The position numbers and the translations under genes were made by a program. Source: Microvenator sp. (lineage in GTDB: Bacteria; Myxococcota_A; Bradymonadia; Bradymonadales; Bradymonadaceae). Taken from it: a stretch of DNA of 46,856 bases. The first letter of the stretch is position 1; the number at the start of each line of letters is the position of its first letter. Below are positions 40,517 to 46,856 of this stretch, in pieces. The notes below the pieces were generated by a model. That model worked only from the letters and a program-made list of their open reading frames with translations, searched no databases and was not told the DNA's origin. The stretch covers positions 1 through 46,856 of the forward strand of contig JBFFMO010000001.1 of NCBI GenBank assembly GCA_041554035.1, given 5' to 3'.

Positions 40517-41094
40517 TAGAACGGCAATTCATCGTCAGTAGCGGGGGCAGCCTGTTGCTGCGGTTGTGGTGCGTACTGCGGTGGAGGTGCATATTGCGTC
40601 GGTTGCGGTTGTGCGTATTGTTGCTGCTGCGGCGGAGGTGGTGCCGTCTGCCCTTGTTGGGGCGGGAGGAACTCTTCGACGCGGTTGAACATCTTGCCTG
40701 GGTTTTTGTTGCTTTCCTGCTGGCCGATTCGCACCATGCCGCGCCGTCCCACCGCGCTTTCAAAAAACCCGAGATTAAACTTCGTCGCGTCTGGGGCAAT
40801 CAATCCGGTGGAGACAAAGAACTCCCGAACAAACCCAGAGCAGCGGCTGTGGCACAGAATCTGGTGTTCCTTGATGTTCAGGGTTCCTTCTGCCCCGCCG
40901 TCAACTTCCAAATCCAACAGGGCCTTGTTGCAGCCCTCTTTGATTTTTCCGTTAGGTGTCGGAGAGAACCACCCGCGCTTGAAAAACTTAACTTCAAACG
41001 GATAGTTTCCGGGCGGCAGTAGCGTAAAACCTCCACTGCCATCGTCTTCTACATCGTCGTTCCAATCGAGAGGTCTACCTTGGTCGTTCGTCAT
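40516..41094 (-). CDS. DUF669-like single-stranded DNA-binding protein with SSB-type acidic tip (192 aa)
   Basis: LLPPGNYPFEV... core, Pro/Gln-rich linker, C-terminal DDELPF. Confidence 0.55.
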   Translation of the reverse strand: MTNDQGRPLDWNDDVEDDGSGGFTLLPPGNYPFEVKFFKRGWFSPTPNGKIKEGCNKALLDLEVDGGAEGTLNIKEHQILCHSRCSGFVREFFVSTGLIAPDATKFNLGFFESAVGRRGMVRIGQQESNKNPGKMFNRVEEFLPPQQGQTAPPPPQQQQYAQPQPTQYAPPPQYAPQPQQQAAPATDDELPF

Positions 41095-42233
41095 GCTGTT
41101 GCTCCCTTCAGTGTGTTAATGCGTTTGACCACGGTGGGCCAGTTCGCTATGAGTTTCCCCTGGACAAAATCAGGGGCATAGTTCCGTATTGGTGCGTCCA
41201 CGGGGTAGTACTTGGGCGACACGGCCATTCGCAATTCCGCACCAGTCACGCCGCTTTGCTGCATAAGGTCGGCCAGTGCTTGCGGCACTCCGCCGTCGAG
41301 TTCAGGGTTTGCAGGCGGCACCATTGCTGGCTGTGCTGGTGCCGCCTGCGGGGCGGGGGCTGGTGGTGTCTCGGGAGCAGGAGCGGGAGCAGGAGCGGGC
41401 TTTTGCGCTTCGTAAGGAAACTGGTCTGCGGGTGCTGGTGCTGGTGCTGTCTGCTGAATGGGCTGCGGTGCGGGTGCTGGAGTTGATCCTTCAGGCCAGC
41501 GTGTGCGGGAGAATGCGTGTGCTTCATCTTCGATGCGTGTATCATCAAGCGTCATTTTTGCGGGCCAGCCGAAACGATTCTTTGCCAGCCAGGCGGGGCG
41601 ATACTCGGCGTACATAACGCGGTTATGACCTTGCGCTTTTGTCTTGTTGCTTCCATCAATCGCGACCGTGTGCGTTTCATAACTCGCGAATATAATATTT
41701 TCAGCCCAATCAGCCGCTTTTTCCGCGCATGAATTATTACTCAATGCCAACATCCATCTGTCATAGGCTGTCCCGAGTTCTTCAGGTATGTCGTATTTCT
41801 TGACAGTCCCGTGCGAGACCAGAACGACGTGATACCCTCGCTCCACAACCTCTGTCAGTTTGTCGAGGAACTTTCCCCATTCAAGGTAAAGCGCACTATA
41901 TGTTGCGCCCCAATCATTCGCACCACCAAGATTCTTGATATTTCGTATGGCGCAAATATGCTCTATGCAAAGGCGTTCAGCCCAATCAAGAGTGTCAATA
42001 ACCAGCGTCAAATGCCCGTCCGGGTTACGCAAAAACTCGTTGATCTGCTCCAGTAGCATCATCCAACTGGAGGGCTTGCTTTCTCGCGACACGTTGATCC
42101 GCCATGTGCTGCCCTCAATGTCGAGGAATAGGGGCTTCGGGAATTTGCTTGCCTTGGTGCTTTTCCCCACTCCCTGTATGCCATAGAAAATCATTTTCAT
42201 TGCTGCTAAGATTAATCCGCTGCTTCTTGTCAT
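41091..42233 (-). CDS. Sak4-like (AAA_24) RecA-fold recombination ATPase with Pro/Ala-rich linker and extra C-terminal domain (380 aa)
   Basis: Walker A YGIQGVGKST, Walker B LVIDTLD. AGGAAGG RBS before ATG 42233. Confidence 0.6.
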   Translation of the reverse strand: MTRSSGLILAAMKMIFYGIQGVGKSTKASKFPKPLFLDIEGSTWRINVSRESKPSSWMMLLEQINEFLRNPDGHLTLVIDTLDWAERLCIEHICAIRNIKNLGGANDWGATYSALYLEWGKFLDKLTEVVERGYHVVLVSHGTVKKYDIPEELGTAYDRWMLALSNNSCAEKAADWAENIIFASYETHTVAIDGSNKTKAQGHNRVMYAEYRPAWLAKNRFGWPAKMTLDDTRIEDEAHAFSRTRWPEGSTPAPAPQPIQQTAPAPAPADQFPYEAQKPAPAPAPAPETPPAPAPQAAPAQPAMVPPANPELDGGVPQALADLMQQSGVTGAELRMAVSPKYYPVDAPIRNYAPDFVQGKLIANWPTVVKRINTLKGATA

Positions 42234-42250
42234 TGTTCTGCCTTCCTGTT

Positions 42251-43522
42251 TTAGATTTCGATGTCGTCAGTTGCCGACACAAGTTCGCCGTATCCGTCTT
42301 CGATGATGACCGAGCATTCGCCCCCGGTAGAAACTCGCGTGGCGATCACCTGGAGCCCTTCGGACTCTACCCACGCGCCGAACTCCTGAAGGGTCTGCAT
42401 GTCCATCTGTTCGAGTTTGTCCACAAGAACAAAGCCGCACTCGGGGTTCAGGCGTCGGACGATTGCCGTGGCAACGCGCAATTGCTCGGAGCCACTCATG
42501 CAGTCCCACCTCTGGCCGTTGTAAACGAGTTCGCCGTCTTCGATTGACAGGTTGGGAAGCGGGAGGTTCGCCCCGTTCAGGAGGGCCATTTTCTTGGCGC
42601 GGGCCTCATCTATCCTGTTTGTCAGCGTGTCGTATTGTGCGGAGTATTTTGCGGCCTCTTCCTGAGCGTGTGCCTTGTCGAGATTGGCGCGAATCTTGGT
42701 ATTGAGTTCGTCGATTGCGGCAAGGTCGGCTTCAATCGCAGCGGTTGACTCGTCTGTCAATTGCTCGGCGGTTTTCTGCGCGGTCGAGAAGTCGTTCAGG
42801 ATGCGGGTTTGTTCGACTTGTGCTTGCGCCAACTGCTCGGCCAGCGACTGAACCTTTGCGTTTATGGCGGTCACTTCTGTTTGCAGTTGGGCCACCCGGT
42901 TGCGCTTCATTTGGTTCTCACCGTTGCGGGCAAGTATGGCTTGCTGCCGATGGATCAGTTCGGTGGCGGTGACCGGGGCTTCCTGCTCAACGTCCGGGAA
43001 ATCGCGCATCTCGTCCGCGTACTTCTTTTTCTGGTCGGCGATCTGCCCCTGCGTGTGGCGTTCGTTGTAGAGTCGTTTTTCTTCGGCTTCCAGTTCGGCG
43101 AGTTGCTGCCCTACCCCGATGATTTGCAAGAGGGTCTGGGCTTTTTCCTTGTCCGTGGAGTTCATGAACTTCGGAAGATCAAGAGCGAACACCGGAATAA
43201 ACTCGTTGAGCAAAGCCTGGCCCGCTTTGTTCCCTGCGGGGTCGGTAACCTTCAGCGTCGAGTTGGTGCCTTTGCGCTCGACCACGATGCCGTTCGAGAG
43301 CGTCAGTTTGATTTCTGGGTTGCACTGCGACCCCTCGCGCTTGATCTGCGATGGTTTGTATTTCTCACCGCCCAGAGCGTACACGATGGCATCAAGCACA
43401 GTGGTCTTGCCCTGCCCGTTTCTGCCACCGATGACCGTCAAGCCGTCTGGGGTGCAAATCATTTTGACGGCCTTAATCCGCTTGGTGTTTTCGATTTCGA
43501 GTGTGTTGATTTTGACTGACAT
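42251..43522 (-). CDS. SMC/RecF-like AAA ATPase with coiled coil (423 aa)
   Basis: Walker A GRNGQGKTT, long Gln/Ala/Glu coiled-coil middle, signature-like SGSEQL, Walker B FVLVDKLEQMD. Confidence 0.7.
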   Translation of the reverse strand: MSVKINTLEIENTKRIKAVKMICTPDGLTVIGGRNGQGKTTVLDAIVYALGGEKYKPSQIKREGSQCNPEIKLTLSNGIVVERKGTNSTLKVTDPAGNKAGQALLNEFIPVFALDLPKFMNSTDKEKAQTLLQIIGVGQQLAELEAEEKRLYNERHTQGQIADQKKKYADEMRDFPDVEQEAPVTATELIHRQQAILARNGENQMKRNRVAQLQTEVTAINAKVQSLAEQLAQAQVEQTRILNDFSTAQKTAEQLTDESTAAIEADLAAIDELNTKIRANLDKAHAQEEAAKYSAQYDTLTNRIDEARAKKMALLNGANLPLPNLSIEDGELVYNGQRWDCMSGSEQLRVATAIVRRLNPECGFVLVDKLEQMDMQTLQEFGAWVESEGLQVIATRVSTGGECSVIIEDGYGELVSATDDIEI

Positions 43523-43557
43523 TCTTTTTCTCTCTCCTATTCTCTCCGCCGTGGCGG

Positions 43558-43995
43558 TTATTCTGGTAGCCGCTCAACGGCTTTTTTCTTTAGTGTGATG
43601 GTTGCCTCGTACAGTTCGCCGGGCTCCACGGCGTCGGGGAGGATGTCCTCAAATAATTCGCTGTCCGGGAAGTGTTCGTGGAACTCCCAATTAAAGAAAC
43701 GTCCGTTGTCAAAAATGAGTGGCACGAGTCTGGAGACAACAAAACACTCCCCGTCTTCATGCGCCCCGATCTGCACCTCGATTGTTTTCTCGCTCACTGT
43801 CTTGTGTCCTTTCTTCTCGTGTTTGAATGGGCGGGCGGCGGCCTTGGCGACCTGGCGCATGATGAGGAGTAATGCGCGAAGGAAACCGCCGCCCGCATGG
43901 CGGCAAGGTATAAGTGAGGAGTTGCGACTTGCCTTTGCCCTTGGGTTAGAGGGACTTTTGCCGCCGGGGAAGTTTCTGTGGGATGCGTCAAGCAT
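43558..43995 (-). CDS. Hypothetical protein (145 aa; start uncertain)
   Basis: ATG 43995 overlaps the upstream stop (ATGCTTGA). An internal Met (MRQVAK) is an alternative start. Confidence 0.45.
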   Translation of the reverse strand: MLDASHRNFPGGKSPSNPRAKASRNSSLIPCRHAGGGFLRALLLIMRQVAKAAARPFKHEKKGHKTVSEKTIEVQIGAHEDGECFVVSRLVPLIFDNGRFFNWEFHEHFPDSELFEDILPDAVEPGELYEATITLKKKAVERLPE

Positions 43996-44224
43996 GATCG
44001 ACCACCTCCACTGCTGTGTTGATTCCGAACTGGAGAGAAGCAACCCGTTTGGCCTCGCTCGTGTCCGGGTCAAAGTAGTATGTCTCGTTGATCTTGGTAA
44101 AAACTGTAATTCCCTGAGGAAGCCTGAACCGCTGGCATGCTTTAACCTCGTGAATGAATTTGACTCGTGGTTCTCGCGTCGTGAGCATGGTTCTCTCCCG
44201 TCCGTTTTGAGTGTTGTTTTTCAA
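43988..44224 (-). CDS. Hypothetical protein (78 aa)
   Basis: ORF in the early operon. Confidence 0.5.
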   Translation of the reverse strand: MKNNTQNGRERTMLTTREPRVKFIHEVKACQRFRLPQGITVFTKINETYYFDPDTSEAKRVASLQFGINTAVEVVDHA

Positions 44225-44295
44225 AACGCTGTAAAATAAGTGTTATGTTTTGGTGCTATTCTTCGGCGGGTGTCTTGGCGGACTTCCCGCTGTTG

Positions 44296-44373
44296 TTACA
44301 TACGTTTTAGGTCAATCATGGCCCCTACTGCGAAAAATATGCATGCGGCTATTAGCCAGAGTTGCGTTGTCAT
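44296..44373 (-). CDS. Candidate 25-aa hydrophobic micropeptide
   Basis: MTTQLWLIAACIFFAVGAMIDLKRM. The ATG overlaps the stop of the upstream gene (ATGA). Below the ORF-track size cut-off. Confidence 0.3.
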   Translation of the reverse strand: MTTQLWLIAACIFFAVGAMIDLKRM

Positions 44374-44810
44374 AGCCCCGCCCTTCGGTACAGTTCCGAG
44401 ACCGTGATCCCGAGCGCGTTAGCCAGTGCGGTGATATGCTCGCGGTTCAGTGGCTTCTCGCCCCGAATCAGTTTGTAGTAGTACGACTCGCCGATCCCGA
44501 TCAGACTGGCCAGTTGGGCCTTGGTTCTGATCCCTGCCTCAATGCGCAGTTTGTCGATCACGTCGAACAGGAAGAAATTCTGGCGCAGCACGTCCGGGGT
44601 TGTGCCGTCTATCTTCTTGGCTTTCTTTTTGGTCGGCTTCTCGGAGTCTTTCCACCCTGCGCACAGTGCCTCAACTGAGCAATGCGGCCCCACCAGCCGC
44701 CCGCACTCGCACTGTAGGACAAGGTGGTCATTGACCTTGTGCAGCGTCGCGGTTGTCGCGCCGCAGGTGCAGGGGTCGAGGTTCTCGTTTACTCCTGGCT
44801 TGATGTTCAT
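44370..44810 (-). CDS. Lar-like zinc ribbon fused to an XRE-type HTH (146 aa)
   Basis: N-terminal CTCG...CECG...ALCAGW. C-terminal TKAQLASLIGIGESYYYKLIRGEKPLNREHITALANALG HTH. Confidence 0.6.
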   Translation of the reverse strand: MNIKPGVNENLDPCTCGATTATLHKVNDHLVLQCECGRLVGPHCSVEALCAGWKDSEKPTKKKAKKIDGTTPDVLRQNFFLFDVIDKLRIEAGIRTKAQLASLIGIGESYYYKLIRGEKPLNREHITALANALGITVSELYRRAGL

Positions 44811-45595
44811 AGGGTTTTCTCCGCAAGTTCTTTTTTGAAAGCATCCACAGGGCTTTGCTTAAGGCCTTGGTCAACGGCGATCTCGTCAGCCCGTCGCTCT
44901 TTCTCTTTGCAGAGCGGCTTGCCACATGTGCAGCAGATTGGCTCGCCACATGTGCAGGATGCCGGATTCTCCGCAACGGCTTTCGCCAAACAGTCATTCA
45001 TTGTGCGTGCTTCGAGCAACTCTGAAAGGCCTTGCCACTCTTGAGCATTCTCCTTGATTGCGGCCTTGGCTTCCGCTTTAGGCTCTGGCCGCCAATAGCG
45101 ACCGGTGACCTGTGCTTCCGCTACCTCCATTCCTTTTCCCCAAACCGGGCAGCGAGAAGACATCCAGTTCTTTAACCAATTGATTTCTTTAATTGCATTG
45201 CCCAGGTCAATCGATAGATTTTTGTTCACCTCGACAGCAGCGTGAAACAGTTTGCCTAACCGCTTCAACTCCTTCGACTGCCGCAACTGGAACGCCTCAA
45301 GCGGGTCCCGTAGAATTTCTATTTTCCCCTCAGGCATATCCGGCAGGGGTTCGCCGGGTTTGCGGATTTCGCCAGTAAGCACGAGCGGGCTCGTCAGTTT
45401 CTCCAGTTTGGCTTGTGCGTCCTGCGCGTCGAGGATGGAATGCCAGGCAGCGCGTGCTTCTTTTATAGTGCCGTAACGCCCTGTCCGTGCATAACACTTG
45501 TTGCAGATAACAACCGCCGTGCGATCTTCATTCACTCCGGTGTCCACTCTTCCGCAGCACCCCGGCGTAATGCATCTAAGCTTGGTCTCACTCAT
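44807..45595 (-). CDS. Lar-like zinc-ribbon protein with Cys-rich C-terminus (262 aa)
   Basis: CITPGCCG...CNKC...IKEARAAW (Lar pattern). C-terminal CTCGEPICCTCGKPLC. Confidence 0.55.
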   Translation of the reverse strand: MSETKLRCITPGCCGRVDTGVNEDRTAVVICNKCYARTGRYGTIKEARAAWHSILDAQDAQAKLEKLTSPLVLTGEIRKPGEPLPDMPEGKIEILRDPLEAFQLRQSKELKRLGKLFHAAVEVNKNLSIDLGNAIKEINWLKNWMSSRCPVWGKGMEVAEAQVTGRYWRPEPKAEAKAAIKENAQEWQGLSELLEARTMNDCLAKAVAENPASCTCGEPICCTCGKPLCKEKERRADEIAVDQGLKQSPVDAFKKELAEKTL

Positions 45596-45765
45596 TTCGT
45601 CACCTCTTCTTTCAGAATTAAGTTAATCTCGTTCTTAGCATCCCGCCGCTCGCGTCTGCGGTATCGGCTCTTGATCCTGGACTTCTGGCCCGGTCGCCAA
45701 GCGTAGGGGATCGTAGAGAAAGCATCTTCTTCATCGATGTTTTTTATTTTGGCCCGTCGCCGCAT
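45592..45765 (-). CDS. Candidate 57-aa basic protein (below the ORF-track cut-off)
   Basis: MRRRAKIKNIDEEDAFSTIPYAWRPGQKSRIKSRYRRRERRDAKNEINLILKEEVTK. Starts 5 nt after the upstream stop, and its stop overlaps the next ATG (ATGA). Confidence 0.45.
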   Translation of the reverse strand: MRRRAKIKNIDEEDAFSTIPYAWRPGQKSRIKSRYRRRERRDAKNEINLILKEEVTK

Positions 45766-45769
45766 GGGA

Positions 45770-45973
45770 CTACTTCCCCCGGCAGTTCTTCGGCTGGTTG
45801 CGCTTCCACACGTCCTTGCGCTTTTCGCCGTTGATGGTGGTGCTGTTCTCAGGCTGCGGCGAAAGCATCCGCGTCAATACGTCAATCGCGAAATTGTCAA
45901 TTTCCGACATGCAACGTTTAATTCTCATTTTGCCCGCGTTTGTAGTTCTCGCCGGTTCTGGTGTAGTTCTCAT
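45770..45973 (-). CDS. Hypothetical protein (67 aa)
   Basis: ORF in the early operon, with AAAGGG upstream. Confidence 0.45.
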   Translation of the reverse strand: MRTTPEPARTTNAGKMRIKRCMSEIDNFAIDVLTRMLSPQPENSTTINGEKRKDVWKRNQPKNCRGK

Positions 45974-45978
45974 GGTTT

Positions 45979-46188
45979 CTACCCTTTCGCAGTCTTCCGC
46001 CTGATCGCCCGGCGGGTTGGTTTCGTTTTCTGGAATGCCGCTCTCACACCTTGTCGGACAAGGTCGGCCAGCGCATGCGCATTCTCAAACGCAATTCCGT
46101 CCGGGAACTTGATCACGGGGTATCCGCCGACACACGGGTCAGGCATTACGATCTCAACTCTTCCGGTGAATGGGACGTATCCAGCCAT
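45979..46188 (-). CDS. Hypothetical protein (69 aa)
   Basis: ATG 46188 overlaps the upstream TGA (TGATG). The ORF-track GTG at 46191 is an alternative start. Confidence 0.5.
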   Translation of the reverse strand: MAGYVPFTGRVEIVMPDPCVGGYPVIKFPDGIAFENAHALADLVRQGVRAAFQKTKPTRRAIRRKTAKG

Positions 46189-46379
46189 CACAAAACCCCC
46201 CTGTGCGTCTTCGCGTTAATATAGTTCTCAAGGTCGTTCAACTTGACGCGCCTTTTCCTTGCTGAGAGAATGACCACCGGGAACGCGCCCGCCCGGATCA
46301 GCGAGCGCACCACGCCCTCGGAACATCGCAGTTCCTTGGCGGTATCTCTGATGGTGAGTAGTTGGGCTCTCGGTGTCAT
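46188..46379 (-). CDS. Excisionase/AlpA-like HTH_17 DNA-binding protein (63 aa)
   Basis: LLTIRDTAKELRCSEGVVRSLIRAGAFPVV...VKLNDLENYI. GGGAGAGGGA RBS before ATG 46379. Confidence 0.55.
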   Translation of the reverse strand: MTPRAQLLTIRDTAKELRCSEGVVRSLIRAGAFPVVILSARKRRVKLNDLENYINAKTHRGVL

Positions 46380-46425
46380 TTTGCGTCCCTCTCCCTCTCG
46401 CCCCGTCGCGGGGGCTGGCTCTACT

Positions 46426-46683
46426 TCACACGCCAACAATGTCGGTGTGGTCTTTGCTTTTCATGCCCAACGCTCTTGCGGCCTGTGCCATATCTCGCAA
46501 AGTCCATTTGGTTTCACCCTTCAACAATCGCGTGACGCGGCCTTTTTCCCAACCGGCGCGGCGCGCGAACTCTGTTTGCGTCCACTTGCGCTTGGCTATT
46601 TGTTGTCCAATGAAACGGTTGTAGCGCACTTCTTCGGGCAACAGTTGTTTGCTTTTCGTCACTTTTCGTTCTCCGTTAGTCAT
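46426..46683 (-). CDS. Cro-like HTH regulator, first gene of the early (lytic) operon (85 aa)
   Basis: WTQTEFARRAGWEKGRVTRLLKGE HTH. Divergent from the 134..373 gene across the operator region. Confidence 0.75.
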   Translation of the reverse strand: MTNGERKVTKSKQLLPEEVRYNRFIGQQIAKRKWTQTEFARRAGWEKGRVTRLLKGETKWTLRDMAQAARALGMKSKDHTDIVGV

Positions 46684-46715
46684 TTGTTGTTCTCCGTCAA
46701 TCCTGTTAAAGATAG

Positions 46716-46856
46716 TAATGGTAAATTAGATATAATGCAACAAAATTCTATTGCAAATAATGCAATCAAATTTTTCTTGTATTCTATTGCGTTTAGGGGA
46801 TATAGTGATTTTAGAGTTGTAAATATTGCAACAGGGGGTAATGCGAAAATGTCGAA
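46716..46856. repeat. Exact 141-bp terminal redundancy (copy 2)
   Basis: Identical to 1-141. Ends with the first 8 nt (ATGTCGAA) of the 134..373 CDS. Confidence 0.9.

Overview
The window is one complete, circularly assembled temperate tailed-phage genome. Bases 1-141 are identical to 46716-46856, so the unique length is 46,715 bp. No host flanks are present and attP is intact.

Layout:
- Plus-strand lysogeny module (134-2581): two XRE-type HTH regulators, a zinc-ribbon membrane protein and a tyrosine integrase. It is followed by an attP core that copies the 3' half of a tRNA-Ile(GAU) gene (2642-2686).
- AT-richer plus-strand accessory cassette (2876-4440): four genes with their own sigma70-like promoter.
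- One long minus-strand transcription direction (46683 down to 4434):
  - cro-like and Xis-like early genes and many small Cys-rich proteins;
  - a recombination/replication module: SMC-like ATPase, Sak4-like ATPase, DUF669-type SSB, DEAD-box helicase, AEP primase, RepA/DnaB-like ATPase, an iteron-type origin and RusA;
  - a strong intrinsic terminator;
  - a lambda-like packaging/head module: Nu1-like, gpA-like, gpW-like, lambda-family portal, S49 protease with scaffold, gpD-like, gpE-like;
  - tail genes: tape measure, LamG/S74 fibre, beta-helix protein and three very large tail proteins;
  - a non-canonical lysis cassette.

All product calls rest on motifs read by eye and on gene order. No searches were run.

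Best candidates for something undescribed:
1. Two 10-bp-phased TAGTGTTC repeat arrays 26 kb apart, one beside attP and the cassette promoter, the other inside the head operon. A small ribbon-helix-helix protein encoded in the cassette is a plausible reader.
2. The four-gene attP-proximal cassette itself, which includes a possible truncated HK97-type capsid-like ORF.
3. A family of CCTGA-N7-TCAGG elements that precede six consecutive small early genes.
4. A lysis cassette made of a DUF1353/PLA2-like protein, a lipoprotein and a GH24 lysozyme, with no recognisable holin or spanin.
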